Shown piece by piece: positions 27,738 through 38,260 of a stretch of 64,000 bases of DNA (position 1 is the stretch's first letter; each line of letters begins with the position of its first letter). The notes under the pieces are model-generated. The model had not been told where the DNA came from, made no database searches, and saw nothing but the letters and a program-made list of their open reading frames with translations. The DNA comes from Cenarchaeum sp. (GTDB lineage Archaea > Thermoproteota > Nitrososphaeria > Nitrososphaerales > Nitrosopumilaceae), in assembly GCA_963693095.2 (NCBI GenBank), contig OY843768.1, forward strand, positions 1,152,001-1,216,000, in the 5' to 3' direction. The translations under genes and the position numbers were made by a program.

Positions 27738-29912
27738 TTGGCACGCAAGCCCAGCGAGCCGCTGTCCATGAAGATAGGCGAGGCAAAGCAGCGAGATGTT
27801 GGAAAAAAACGCGCGCGCATAGGGCCTGACGCAATGGACTACCTTGGCGTCACGCCAGGGGACGTCATCGAGATATCTGGCACAAAGTCGAGCTGTGCTG
27901 TGGTGTGGCCCGCAGACGAGGACGAGCGCTCCCCGGAGATCATCAGGGTTGACGGCCAGATGCGTAATAACATTGGCGCAGCGCACAGCGAGATGGTTCG
28001 TGTCATCAGGGGAACCGCAAAAGCGGCGCGCGTGGTGGAGATTATGCCGGTCAGTGACGAGATAACAGTTGATGCCGAGTTTAACGAGTTTGTCAAGGGT
28101 CGCATAGCCGGAATGCCGGTGATCCAGGGAGACGAGGTGTCCGTGATGGTCCTAGGCAACACGATAGCATTCAAGATCAGCAAGGTCACGCCAAAGGGCA
28201 TAGTGGAGATCGGCAAGACGACTACGATAAACGTGCTCACAGAGACTGCACAAGAAAGAAGGCCGCACGTCACGTACGAGGAGGTCGGCGGGCTTGGCGC
28301 CGAGATAAAGGCGATGCGCGAGATAGTCGAGCTTCCGCTGCGCCATCCCGAACTCTTTGCGAGGCTCGGCGTGGAGGCCAACAGCGGCGTGCTCCTCTAT
28401 GGGCCGCCGGGATGCGGCAAGACGCTGATCGCAAAGGTCCTAGCAAGCGAGTCAGATGCCAACATGTACCTCATAAACGGGCCGGAGATTATGAACAAGT
28501 ACTATGGCGAGACTGAGGCGCGCCTGCGCGACATATTCAAGGACGCAAAGGCCAACGCGCCGAGCATAATATTCATCGACGAGATCGACGCCATTGCGCC
28601 AAAGCGCGAGGACGTCTATGGCGACGTCGAAAAGCGCGTCGTCGCGCAGCTCCTGGCCCTCATGGACGGCCTGACTGACAGGGGCAACGTGATAGTCCTT
28701 GGCGCAACGAACAGGCAGGACAGCGTGGATCCCGCACTGAGGCGCCCCGGCAGGTTTGACCGCGAGGTCGAGATATCCGTTCCCAACGAGGACGGTCGCC
28801 TCGAGATACTCCAGATACACACGCGCGGCATGCCTGTTGACGCAGAATTTGACATAAAGGAGTTGGCATCTGCGCTCCACGGCTACACGGGGGCCGACAT
28901 AAAGTCGCTGTGCAGGGAGACGGCCATAAAGGCGATAAGGAGGTACCTCCCTGACATTGACCTCGAGACCGAGCAGATACCATCAAGTATCCTCCAGGCA
29001 ATGCGCATAAAGACAGTTGACTTTTACGATGCGATGCGCGAGGTGGTTCCCACGGCGATGCGCGAGTTTTACGTCGAGCGGCCAAAGGTGTGGTGGGTCG
29101 ACGTGGGCGGACTAGGGGACGCAAAGCACACACTGCAGGAGAACGTCATGCGCGCAATGCGCGATCCTGAAAAGTTCACGAGCATGGGCGTCAGTCCACC
29201 GCATGGCGTGCTCATATACGGGCCGCCGGGCTGTGGCAAGACAATGCTCGCGCGTGCGCTAGCCGCCGAGAGCGGCGCGAACATGATAGTCGTAAAGGGC
29301 CCGGAGGTACTCTCAAAGTGGATCGGCGAGTCCGAAAAGGCAATACGCGAGATATTTCGAAAGGCCGTAGCCTCGGCGCCATGCGTGATCATACTCGACG
29401 AGCTCGACGCGCTAGCGCGCCACAGGGACGGGGGCGACGGCGGCTATGGCGACACAGTCCTAAGCCAGCTCCTCACGGAGATAGAGGACAGCCCGACTGC
29501 AAGCGTCGTGGTAGTCGGAATCACCAGCAGGCCGGATCTCCTTGACGGCTCGCTTTTGAGAACCGGCCGCCTCGACCTCTCCGTGTACACCCCGCCGCCA
29601 GACGAGGCCGGAAGGCTAGAGATCATGGAGATCCTCTCGCGAAAGATGCCCCTCAATGATGACGTCAGCCTCAGCGAGGTGTCCATGATCACCAAGGGAT
29701 GCTCGGGCGCTGACCTCGCCGCACTCTGCAGGGAGGCCGCCGTGGCTGCGATCCAGCGCGACTCCAAAAAGATCGGCGGGCAGGACATCACGGCCGGACT
29801 AAAGCGCATAAGCCCCTCAATAACCGGAGACGTCGACAAGTGGTACCAGTCAATAAGGGAAAAGATCACCAACGCCGTGCCAAACACGCATGACAGGGAG
29901 ATATACGGATAG
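27738..29912 (+). CDS. cdc48: CDC48/VCP family AAA+ ATPase
   Basis: N-domain plus two AAA modules (GPPGCGKT x2, DEID/DELD, RPGRFDRE). Confidence 0.95.
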   Translation: MARKPSEPLSMKIGEAKQRDVGKKRARIGPDAMDYLGVTPGDVIEISGTKSSCAVVWPADEDERSPEIIRVDGQMRNNIGAAHSEMVRVIRGTAKAARVVEIMPVSDEITVDAEFNEFVKGRIAGMPVIQGDEVSVMVLGNTIAFKISKVTPKGIVEIGKTTTINVLTETAQERRPHVTYEEVGGLGAEIKAMREIVELPLRHPELFARLGVEANSGVLLYGPPGCGKTLIAKVLASESDANMYLINGPEIMNKYYGETEARLRDIFKDAKANAPSIIFIDEIDAIAPKREDVYGDVEKRVVAQLLALMDGLTDRGNVIVLGATNRQDSVDPALRRPGRFDREVEISVPNEDGRLEILQIHTRGMPVDAEFDIKELASALHGYTGADIKSLCRETAIKAIRRYLPDIDLETEQIPSSILQAMRIKTVDFYDAMREVVPTAMREFYVERPKVWWVDVGGLGDAKHTLQENVMRAMRDPEKFTSMGVSPPHGVLIYGPPGCGKTMLARALAAESGANMIVVKGPEVLSKWIGESEKAIREIFRKAVASAPCVIILDELDALARHRDGGDGGYGDTVLSQLLTEIEDSPTASVVVVGITSRPDLLDGSLLRTGRLDLSVYTPPPDEAGRLEIMEILSRKMPLNDDVSLSEVSMITKGCSGADLAALCREAAVAAIQRDSKKIGGQDITAGLKRISPSITGDVDKWYQSIREKITNAVPNTHDREIYG

Positions 29913-29914
29913 TC

Positions 29915-30199
29915 ATGGCCATTCCCCTGCGAAACACCATACTCGAAAAGGTCACCTCACACGGCACGCTGACTGACTCGGAGCTCACAAAGATGCTTGC
30001 AAAGGACGACATAGACTTTACGCCTGCCACGATCGAAAAGGCGCTTCTTGACCTAGAGATACTCGGTCTCATATCCGTCTCCGTGCTCGCAAAGGGCACG
30101 AGGAGGATAGAGGCAATAGTCGCCGAGGATGACGCAGTGGAGGACGAGTCCACGCGAGAGCATGACTATGAGGCAAGCTTTCCAAACGTCGAGGGCTAG
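29915..30199 (+). CDS. Small winged-helix hypothetical protein
   Basis: wHTH-like pattern (KALLDLEILGLISV), coupled to cdc48. Confidence 0.7.
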   Translation: MAIPLRNTILEKVTSHGTLTDSELTKMLAKDDIDFTPATIEKALLDLEILGLISVSVLAKGTRRIEAIVAEDDAVEDESTREHDYEASFPNVEG

Positions 30200-31074
30200 A
30201 ACCTAAAGTGGAACGCGGCGTCCAGGGCGACGGCGACGAATATTATTGTGAGGTATGGCGCAGTCACCTTGTATGCCTTCCACGCAAACTCTGGGGTCGG
30301 ATCGCGCGTAAGTCGATAGTGGTACGCAAGCATTAGGCCGCCAGAGGCCGCAGCTATGGCCATGTAGACAAGGCCGAGTCCGGCCGCATACAGCGCAAGC
30401 GAGTAGGGCAGGAGTATTGCCGTGTTGACAAGTATGTACCGTGATGTCCTGTGCATGCCGATGGCAACAGGGAGCATCGGGACGCGCGCGGCGGCATACT
30501 CGTCCCTTATCTTCATCGCAAGGCACCAAAAGTGCGATGGCGTCCACACAAACACCAAAAACCCGACGAGAAACCCCAACAGGTCCATCGAGCCAGTCGC
30601 GCCTGCCCATCCGGCCATCGCAGCGCAGCTTCCGGCAAACCCGCCAATGACAATGTTGCTAGAGTTTAGGCGCTTTAGCCATATCGTGTATATGACAACG
30701 TAAAAGAATATGCCAAGTGCGACAAAGAGGGCAGATGCGACATTGAGCGCAATGGCCGCATAGATGACAGAGAAAGAGCTTGTCGCCAGGCCGTACACGA
30801 GTGCCACGTTGGCGCCGATCCGCCCTGACGGTATGGGCCGTGATTTCGTGCGGCCCATCAGCGGGTCAATGTCACGGTCGTAATAGTGGTTTAGCGCGCT
30901 AGAGCCGGCGGATGCGAGCGCGCCGGCGACGATGATGTGGACGTATAGCCACATGCCCGGCTCGGACGCAGGCGTGCCCAGGACGCCTCCGGCATACATC
31001 GAGGTGACTGCAGTGATCACCAAGAGGACGACTATGCGCGGCTTTGATATCTCGTAAATCTCCCTGAGGGCCAA
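30196..31074 (-). CDS. cyoE: Protoheme IX farnesyltransferase (heme o synthase)
   Basis: KPRIV.LL..T, N.YYDRDID..M.RT..RPIPSG, WTPSHF, DEY....VPMLP; start approximate (TTG 31074, TATA at ~31102-31109). Confidence 0.92.
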   Translation of the reverse strand: MALREIYEISKPRIVVLLVITAVTSMYAGGVLGTPASEPGMWLYVHIIVAGALASAGSSALNHYYDRDIDPLMGRTKSRPIPSGRIGANVALVYGLATSSFSVIYAAIALNVASALFVALGIFFYVVIYTIWLKRLNSSNIVIGGFAGSCAAMAGWAGATGSMDLLGFLVGFLVFVWTPSHFWCLAMKIRDEYAAARVPMLPVAIGMHRTSRYILVNTAILLPYSLALYAAGLGLVYMAIAAASGGLMLAYHYRLTRDPTPEFAWKAYKVTAPYLTIIFVAVALDAAFHFRF

Positions 31075-31248
31075 TTCTGGCAGGGCGTGCGCGCGCGTCT
31101 GATTTAATACCTTTGGCGCGCCGGCGATATACGGCAGCAGGACCGGCGTTCTGGCGATTCGGCCCGCCGCAGGCCACGCCCCGGCGCGCACCATGGCCCG
31201 CGTGCCTACAAAAGGATTAAGTACGCTGCTCAGGCGGCCACGGCGCAG

Positions 31249-32061
31249 ATGAGCAACTGGGATCTCATGATGCCGGGTATGGGGCTCACGTCGATCGGCC
31301 TTGCAGGCGTCACGGTCTCCTATTCGGGCATAGCCCACACCTTTATCGACGGCATGCATGCGCTGACTGGCCTGACGATGTTCATCGGCCTCATATTCCT
31401 CGCCGCAGGCATACTCGAGGGGGGCGTCTCGACGAGCAACAGGGCAAAGGCGACGGTTCTCGTCGTCGCCTCGATATCCCTGGCATTTGGCATGTTTGCC
31501 TTTACGCTAAACACAGTGAGCACGACGGCGACGTTTGCCGGCATACTCGTCGGCATTGCGTTTCCGGCGATCATGCTCGCATACGTGATCACAAAGATGC
31601 CAATGTATGCGAGGCCCGTGGGCACGATATTTGGGCTGGCAGCCGCCACCGGGATAATCGCATTTGTCGCCTTTGGCCTCGTCTCGCCAGACACGTACCT
31701 CATCAACGAGGAGGAGGACGCAGCAGAGCCTGACGTGATGGATGCTGCGCCTGCACTGCCTGATGCGCCAATTGTGGACATTTCCATATTGGAGGGCTCG
31801 GCAGTCTCGGGAACGCCAGACTATGATCCTGACTCGATAGACGTCGAGCGCGGCAGTGTCATACGCTGGACAAACGATGACTCTATGCTGCACACCGTGA
31901 CGAGTGACGGTGACTTTGGCGAGACGTTTGACTCTAGCCTCATGAACGCCGGAGAGGAGTTTATCCTCAACACTGCCACACTAGAGCCCGGAGCGTATGA
32001 GTATATCTGCGTGGTCCATCCGTGGATGCAGTCAAGCTTTGCCATAGTTGAAGGCAGCTAG
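31249..32061 (+). CDS. Multi-TM protein with C-terminal cupredoxin (plastocyanin/azurin-like) domain
   Basis: ~5 hydrophobic helices, then WTNDDSMLHTVT and YICVVHPWM type-1 Cu ligands. Confidence 0.9.
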   Translation: MSNWDLMMPGMGLTSIGLAGVTVSYSGIAHTFIDGMHALTGLTMFIGLIFLAAGILEGGVSTSNRAKATVLVVASISLAFGMFAFTLNTVSTTATFAGILVGIAFPAIMLAYVITKMPMYARPVGTIFGLAAATGIIAFVAFGLVSPDTYLINEEEDAAEPDVMDAAPALPDAPIVDISILEGSAVSGTPDYDPDSIDVERGSVIRWTNDDSMLHTVTSDGDFGETFDSSLMNAGEEFILNTATLEPGAYEYICVVHPWMQSSFAIVEGS

Positions 32062-32219
32062 CCAGGGCACCCGGCCACCGCAGAACAGGCGCGCATCTCA
32101 CCGCGCATATGGAATTGTATAGGGCTGTGTGCGCGCATGTCGTGCCCTGTGTGCGGCACATTCAGGCCAAACGCGCCGCATGGATAAAATAAAAGCACAC
32201 TGGCGCCAGAGGCAGAGAC

Positions 32220-32642
32220 TTGAAACCCGGTGGAACCATCATACTGACCGCAGAGCAGTTCGACGAGCTTGCCGACCATGCGGCAAGCTGTATGCCCAAT
32301 GAGTCATGCGCGCTCTTGATCGGGCGATATGTTGCAAGAGACTCCATGGTCGAAAAGGTCGAAGTCGTGAAAAACATTGACGCAAGTCCAGAGAGGCAGT
32401 TTAGCGTGGGAGTCGAGGAGCTCATCGGCCATTATAGAAAGGCAGAGAGCCGCGGAGCCGAGGTGGTCGGCATATTTCACAGCCATCCCACCTCTGGCAC
32501 GCATCCCTCGCCCACAGACGAGCGCTACATGGCGGCAAACCCCGTCGCGTGGGTCATATACTCGGTCCGCGATGACGACTTTTGCGCGTATGCCATGGAC
32601 GGCCATGGCAAGAGCGTCGAGGTCGACATCGGCATGGCCTAG
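32220..32642 (+). CDS. JAB/MPN (M67) metalloprotease
   Basis: PNESCALL.G and FHSHP.....PS..D JAMM motif. Confidence 0.9.
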   Translation: MKPGGTIILTAEQFDELADHAASCMPNESCALLIGRYVARDSMVEKVEVVKNIDASPERQFSVGVEELIGHYRKAESRGAEVVGIFHSHPTSGTHPSPTDERYMAANPVAWVIYSVRDDDFCAYAMDGHGKSVEVDIGMA

Positions 32643-32796
32643 CGCAGTACCAGCAACGGCAGTGTGTCCGGCGCGACTAGTGGCGCCGATGGCCATTGCG
32701 GCCCCCTACACGAACATGGGATCCGCCACACAGGGAGTCCATTCTTCTGAAATTCCCGATCCAAGATATATAGCCCCATTTTTGGCAATGCGCGCA

Positions 32797-33057
32797 ATGG
32801 AAATCCACGTGTATGACACGTACGTCAAGGCTGCAGATGGACACACAATGCACTTTGACGTCATAACCAAGGAAAAGAACCACGACAAGGCAATCGAGTA
32901 CGCCAAGGAGTGGCTCTCAGCCGTTGGCGAGGGCGACTCAAAGGTGACCACCGAAGAGTGCAGCTTTTGCCACTCGCAGGGAGCCCCCGAGCCCGTAGAG
33001 AAGGCCATAGAGGAAAAGGGGTACTTTATCCAAAAGATGGAAGGCTGCCCGCAATAG
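32797..33057 (+). CDS. DUF2024 family protein
   Basis: MEIHVYDTYV...DGHTMHFDV, EECSFCHSQ; TATA at ~32767-32772. Confidence 0.85.
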   Translation: MEIHVYDTYVKAADGHTMHFDVITKEKNHDKAIEYAKEWLSAVGEGDSKVTTEECSFCHSQGAPEPVEKAIEEKGYFIQKMEGCPQ

Positions 33058-33079
33058 GCGCCTCCACACACATTTTTTC

Positions 33080-35125
33080 CTATATTGCCGGAAGCGGCAC
33101 GATGGCCACAAACGTGGAGACGAAGACTATTGCTATCGTGTTTAGGAGCTTTATGACCGTGTTTAGCGCCGGACCGGCAGTGTCCTTGTAGGGATCGCCG
33201 ATAACGTCACCGACCACGGCGACCTTGTGCTCCTCGCTGCCCTTTTGGCCGTTCATCTCGACGAGCTTTTTGGCATTGTCCCATGCCCCGCCCGTGTTTG
33301 CGAGGTGGTACGCAAGCACTATACCGGTGACGACAGAGCCCATGAGGAGGCCGGCGACGGCCGTGGGTCCGAGGAGCACGCCGAGGGCGATCGGCGCGAC
33401 TATGGCTATTACGGCAGTCTTCCAGAGCTCCTTTAGCGAGGCGACAGTCGCAATGTCGACGCATCGCGCATAGTTTGGCTTTGACGTGCCGGCCAGTATG
33501 CCCGCATCGGCCTTGAACTGGCTTCGAACCTCGTCGACCATGCGAAATGCCGCGCGCGAGACGCCGCTGATGAGCTGTCCCGTGATGAGAAACGGCAAGA
33601 GGCCGCCGACGAGAAGTCCGATGATCACCGTTGGGCTAGTCAGCGTGTAGTTTAGCGCCGTGTGGAACACCTCGGCGGCCTCGAACTGGAACGCCTGTAT
33701 CATGGCGAGTGCGGCGAGGCCGGCGCTGGCGATCGCAAATCCCTTGGTCACGGCCTTTGTGGTGTTGCCGACTGCGTCGATCTTGTCTGTCACCTTGCGG
33801 CGCTCCTCGCTCATGCCAGTCATCTCCACGATTCCCCCCGCATTGTCAGCTATCGGCCCAAAGGCGTCAATGCTGAGCACGATTCCGGCAAGGCTCAGCA
33901 TCGACATTGCCGTGAGCGACGTGCCAAATATCCCATAGAGGAGCGCGCTCTCGGCATCGGGGGCCGCAGAGGCCGACACGGCAAACGACAGGATGATCGC
34001 CACGATGAGCGCAATCATGAACGGTCCGGTTGACTTCATTCCCTTGATTATTCCCATTAGTATGAGTGACGCATATCCCCACTTGGCAGACTCGGCTATC
34101 TCCCTCACTGCGCCATAGCGATAGCTCGTATAGCTGTCAGTTATCTTTTGTATGACGGGCACTAGCGCGACACCGATGATGGTAGACGCAAAGAGCGCCA
34201 TCGAGGCGTCCGAGTCCCCAAGAAACATCGACGTGATCACATAGTTTAGCGCGACGGCCACGCCCGCTGACACATAGAATGCCCTGTTGAGCGGCCCCAT
34301 GACGTCATCCATTCCGCCCTTTGCGCGAATTGTCGCAACGCCGACCATCGAGGCGAGCATTCCAGACGCGCCAATGAGTATCGGGTACAGCGCATACTCT
34401 GTCAGGCCGATGAGCGCGGCGATCAGTATGGAGGCGAGCATTGTCACAATGTACGACTCGTAAATGTCCGATCCCATGCCGGCCGCATCGCCGACGTTGT
34501 CGCCGACATTGTCCGCAATGGTCGCAGGATTTCGCGGGTCATCCTCGGGAATGTTGGCCTCGACCTTGCCGACGAGGTCTGCTCCCATGTCAGCGGCCTT
34601 TGTGTATATGCCGCCGCCAATCCTCATAAACAGCGCAATGAGGCTAGCGCCGATGCCGACTCCGGCAATCGTTATGGGGTCAGGATAGACATAGTACAGG
34701 AGCGCCATGGCGAGCAGGGCCATCGCCGGCACTGCTAGGCCGACTGTGGCGCCCCCGCGAAACGCGAGGACGAATGTCTTGCCCAGGCCGCCCTCTGTGG
34801 CGTTGGCTGAGCGCACGGCGGCCTTTACCGTTATCTTTAGCGATATGAGGCCAGAGACTGCCGAGAGCGTCGCGCCGACGGCAAAGGCGATCCCGTTGGA
34901 TGCCCCGATAAAGTAGCCGATTATGACGGCCATGCCTATCGATATAGGCACGATTATCTTCATCTCACGCCTAAGAAAGGCCGAAGCGCCGACGCGCACG
35001 GCCTCGGATATCTCCATCATCTCCTTTGTGCCGGCCTTTTGCTTCACGACCCACGCGGCAAAGCCGGCTGCCATGGCAAACGACGCCACCGCTGCGATGA
35101 CGGGTAGGAGCTCGTGGGCGTCCAT
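33080..35125 (-). CDS. hppA: Membrane-bound pyrophosphatase, predicted K+-independent H+-PPase
   Basis: GGGIYTKAADMGADLVGKVE, DDPRNPA.IADNVGDNVGD, GD..GDPYKDT; GNTTK (Lys) marks the K+-independent subfamily. Confidence 0.95.
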   Translation of the reverse strand: MDAHELLPVIAAVASFAMAAGFAAWVVKQKAGTKEMMEISEAVRVGASAFLRREMKIIVPISIGMAVIIGYFIGASNGIAFAVGATLSAVSGLISLKITVKAAVRSANATEGGLGKTFVLAFRGGATVGLAVPAMALLAMALLYYVYPDPITIAGVGIGASLIALFMRIGGGIYTKAADMGADLVGKVEANIPEDDPRNPATIADNVGDNVGDAAGMGSDIYESYIVTMLASILIAALIGLTEYALYPILIGASGMLASMVGVATIRAKGGMDDVMGPLNRAFYVSAGVAVALNYVITSMFLGDSDASMALFASTIIGVALVPVIQKITDSYTSYRYGAVREIAESAKWGYASLILMGIIKGMKSTGPFMIALIVAIILSFAVSASAAPDAESALLYGIFGTSLTAMSMLSLAGIVLSIDAFGPIADNAGGIVEMTGMSEERRKVTDKIDAVGNTTKAVTKGFAIASAGLAALAMIQAFQFEAAEVFHTALNYTLTSPTVIIGLLVGGLLPFLITGQLISGVSRAAFRMVDEVRSQFKADAGILAGTSKPNYARCVDIATVASLKELWKTAVIAIVAPIALGVLLGPTAVAGLLMGSVVTGIVLAYHLANTGGAWDNAKKLVEMNGQKGSEEHKVAVVGDVIGDPYKDTAGPALNTVIKLLNTIAIVFVSTFVAIVPLPAI

Positions 35126-35162
35126 TAATGCGCGCACGCCTCTTACGCATGAATATAAACCA

Positions 35163-35540
35163 TCAATCGCCGGCGGCACGCGTGCGCCGCCGGTAGGGTA
35201 AGAAGCGCTTTCCGGCTAGCCCGCGGCGCACGAGGCGGTTAAAGCGCCTCCCGTGCGACAGGTACGGGAACCTCATGTGGACCAGCTCGTGGACTATGGT
35301 GTTCTCGAGGGTCTTCTCGTCGGGGATCTTGCGCACGTTGATGAAGACTAGGTTCTGCTCTAGGTACGAGACGCCATAGTACTTGTAGGCCGTCGTGCGC
35401 CTCCCGTCGGTGATCTCGCGCGGCATGGAGAGGACCTCGCGCGAGGTGAGCAGGACGACAGGGGCGGGAATCGAAAAGCGGGCCGAGTATATGCCGACCT
35501 TTTCAAGAATCGCTAGACGGAGGTCTTCATCAAGCCTCAT
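35163..35540 (-). CDS. Small zincin-like metallopeptidase (SprT/YgjP-like)
   Basis: IVHELVH...HG..F motif. Confidence 0.75.
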   Translation of the reverse strand: MRLDEDLRLAILEKVGIYSARFSIPAPVVLLTSREVLSMPREITDGRRTTAYKYYGVSYLEQNLVFINVRKIPDEKTLENTIVHELVHMRFPYLSHGRRFNRLVRRGLAGKRFLPYRRRTRAAGD

Positions 35541-35667
35541 GGCAGGCAATGCGCGTACGAGTGTATATCATCGTGGGTCAGCTCTTGCTAGTTAGCGAGT
35601 CGAGCAATGTTGAACGCAGTTCCCGTGTTAAGTTATTATACGCGTGGGGCACCGCACGCAGAATAGC

Positions 35668-35744
35668 GCGAAGTTAGTATAGCCTGGTGGTACACCAGCT
35701 TCCCAAGCTGGGAGTCGCGGGTTCGAATCCCGCACTTCGCACCA
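35668..35744 (+). tRNA. tRNA-Gly(CCC), CCA encoded
   Basis: GCGAAGT/ACTTCGC acceptor stem, CCAGC-TTCCCAA-GCTGG anticodon arm, GGTTCGAATCCC. Confidence 0.93.
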
Positions 35745-35784
35745 TTCACATGCATTTAAACCCCCGCACGTTTTGGGCCTGGAC

Positions 35785-36321
35785 ATGGACGAATGGGAGG
35801 CGCGCGTGGTCGTCAAGCACCTGGCCGATGAAGAGGAACGCAAGGTCGGCTCGCTCCTGCTGGACATGGGACTAGAGCTCGTCGCGGCACATGCTCCGGT
35901 TTCGCTAAATGACCAGAGAGACGACAGGGATGGAGAGGTTGATCTGCTCTTCAGGCTGGGGGACACGGCTATAATCGCAGAGGTGAGCGTGCAAAAGAAA
36001 AAGGGTGCCAAACTAAAACAATTGTTCGAGGTGTTTAACAATGAAGATGTGTTGAACAAGTTAAAAAATGACCACAAGGAGATAAAAGATGCGCACAGTT
36101 TTAAACGGATTTATTTTGATATGCAGCATCCCTATAAAATGAATGAGTTTGGTCAAATTGAGAAGCCCCTCACACAGGAGGGGAACTTTATCGTGTTCAA
36201 GGACGAGTTTGACACCATAAAAGAGTGGGTCGACAGGCGCAAGATAGCTCCAATACAGCAGCTCTTTGACGTCATGGTGTCAAGAAGCGGCAATGAGGCC
36301 ATATCGTGCCCCAAGGCCTAG
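35785..36321 (+). CDS. Hypothetical protein, PD-(D/E)xK nuclease-like, AT-rich 3' half
   Basis: E..V...L, GEVDLLF...IIAEVS pattern; TTTAAA 25 nt upstream; directly downstream of tRNA-Gly. Confidence 0.6.
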   Translation: MDEWEARVVVKHLADEEERKVGSLLLDMGLELVAAHAPVSLNDQRDDRDGEVDLLFRLGDTAIIAEVSVQKKKGAKLKQLFEVFNNEDVLNKLKNDHKEIKDAHSFKRIYFDMQHPYKMNEFGQIEKPLTQEGNFIVFKDEFDTIKEWVDRRKIAPIQQLFDVMVSRSGNEAISCPKA

Positions 36322-36369
36322 GACGTCGGCAAGATGGTCACAGTCAGAAATTGGTAGCAAATCACTGGA

Positions 36370-36894
36370 TCATTCAGCCACCGGTTCATCATCCCTGCGT
36401 TCCATCGAGCCCATTATGCGGCGCGCTTTATCCCTTGCTCCGGCGCCCACGACCACGATCACCATGCCCTCACCGGGCTGCCCATAGGCCACAACAGAGC
36501 CGTCATCGCACATGTCACACAGCGGAACCGCGAGGAGATCCTCCTCGCCATCAACGGTGATGCGCACAGGCTGCGGTGCGCCGAGTGCCGTGCGCAGCGC
36601 GCAGAGCGCGCCGTCTGATATGGTGCCTGCGGCATTTGCGCATGACAGTGACGTTGCCGGCGAGCCGTCCGGATACGCGCGCGAGGCGCGCCTCTCGTGG
36701 CCATCGACGACCTGCACGCCGGCCTCCATGCCAAGCTGCGCAAGGCGACCCGTGGTCGCATCGCCGACTGCAACGACTAGTGCGCCGTCGGGAATCTCAG
36801 AGCGCACCCTGGCTGCCGTGATCTCGTGATCCGGAACAAGGACGCCAAGCGGCTCCTTTAGCGTGGCGCGCAGCGCCTCTGGAAGGATGAGCAT
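36370..36894 (-). CDS. GTP-dependent dephospho-CoA kinase (DUF359)
   Basis: LR..LKEPLG, VGDATT, VDGEEDLLA.P, YGQP.EG. Confidence 0.9.
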   Translation of the reverse strand: MLILPEALRATLKEPLGVLVPDHEITAARVRSEIPDGALVVAVGDATTGRLAQLGMEAGVQVVDGHERRASRAYPDGSPATSLSCANAAGTISDGALCALRTALGAPQPVRITVDGEEDLLAVPLCDMCDDGSVVAYGQPGEGMVIVVVGAGARDKARRIMGSMERRDDEPVAE

Positions 36895-36904
36895 TGTGGC
36901 GCAC

Positions 36905-38062
36905 CTAGGGCGAGGCCGCCGTTCCTAGTGCCTGCCCCGCCTGCTGTGGCTGGGCGACTGGCTCGGGCTCGGCGGGCTCGGCGCCAGAAACATCCTCGCC
37001 GGCTGCAAGGCGCGCGGCAATGATGCTGCACTGTGCGGCGACATTCTTGGCGGCAGCCTCAAACGCGCGTGCGCTAGGCGATTCGGGATCAGTCAGCATG
37101 ACAGGTTTGCCCGTGTCCGAGCCGGCCATTATCCCCGAGTTGAGCGGTATGTCCCCAAGGTTTGGTATCTTGAACTGCTCGCTTATCCTCTCGGCCCCGC
37201 CGGTCCCGAACACGCGATGGCGCTCCCCGCACTTTGTGCACTCGAATGCGCTCATGTTCTCTATAATCCCGAGTATTGGCACATTGAGCTTTGTGAACAT
37301 GCCAAGGGCCTTTACGGCAACGCTGCTAGCCACCTGCTGTGGCGTGGTCACCACGAGAATTCCCGTTATCGGTATTGTCTGGGCCAGCGTGAGCGGAATG
37401 TCCCCTGTGCCAGGCGGCAGGTCCACGATAAGATAGTCAAGATCGCTCCAGTCAGTGTCCACGAGAAACTGGCGCAGTATACCAGAGATTATCGGGCCCC
37501 TGTATATGGCCGCCTGGTGCTCCTGCTCGCCAAAGAACCCAAATGACACAACATCTATCCCGTTGGACCTTGTGGGGCGCAGCTTGTGCTTTTCCTCGTC
37601 GACCTCCATGAACCCCTCTGTGATCCCGAGCATGAGCGGTATGGACGGGCCGTAAATGTCAGCATCAAGAAGGCCAACCTTGGCGCCGGTTCGCGAGAGC
37701 GCCAGTGCGAGGTTTAGCGCAACTGTGGACTTGCCTACGCCGCCCTTGCCGCTAGCCACGCCAATGATGTTCTTTACTGTCTTCATGCCCATGTCATCCT
37801 CAAGTGAGCGGCCCTCCATGACCTTTGCAGTCACGTTCAGGTCGAGCTTTGAGACTCCCTCGATCTCCGAGATGGCGTTGCGCACGTCACGCTCAATGTC
37901 ATCATTGAACGGGCATGCCGGAGTCGTAAGCTCTAGCGTAAACTTTAGGTTTCCCGCGTCGATCTCCAGATCCTTTATCATCCCCATCGAGACGATATCC
38001 TTTTTCAGATCAGGGTCTATCACGGTTGCGAGCTTTTCGAGCACCTGATCAACGCCAACCAT
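36905..38062 (-). CDS. mrp: Mrp/NBP35 Fe-S cluster carrier ATPase
   Basis: LTTPACP, SGKGGVGKST, DADIYGPSIP, DLPPGTGD, ENMS.F.C..C. Confidence 0.94.
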   Translation of the reverse strand: MVGVDQVLEKLATVIDPDLKKDIVSMGMIKDLEIDAGNLKFTLELTTPACPFNDDIERDVRNAISEIEGVSKLDLNVTAKVMEGRSLEDDMGMKTVKNIIGVASGKGGVGKSTVALNLALALSRTGAKVGLLDADIYGPSIPLMLGITEGFMEVDEEKHKLRPTRSNGIDVVSFGFFGEQEHQAAIYRGPIISGILRQFLVDTDWSDLDYLIVDLPPGTGDIPLTLAQTIPITGILVVTTPQQVASSVAVKALGMFTKLNVPILGIIENMSAFECTKCGERHRVFGTGGAERISEQFKIPNLGDIPLNSGIMAGSDTGKPVMLTDPESPSARAFEAAAKNVAAQCSIIAARLAAGEDVSGAEPAEPEPVAQPQQAGQALGTAASP

Positions 38063-38260
38063 GAGCAAAACCGCCGACGCACATTATTTAAAGATAGACG
38101 GGTTTTCCCCACCGTTGCGCGCCGCCGGACTGCGCGGGCCATGACGCCCATGGTGCGCCATTGTACCGTACACGGGGATGGCACCCTTTGCCAAAGGCCC
38201 CATTTTGCGCCTAGGGTGGCAAACGTTCATAAACTTTGGATCGTGCGTCGGCACAACAAG

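Noticed and set aside
32220-32642. JAB protease as part of a ubiquitin-like or CBASS-type system
   Set aside because: No E1/E2/Ubl or cyclase neighbours; host-like composition; consistent with a housekeeping JAMM enzyme.
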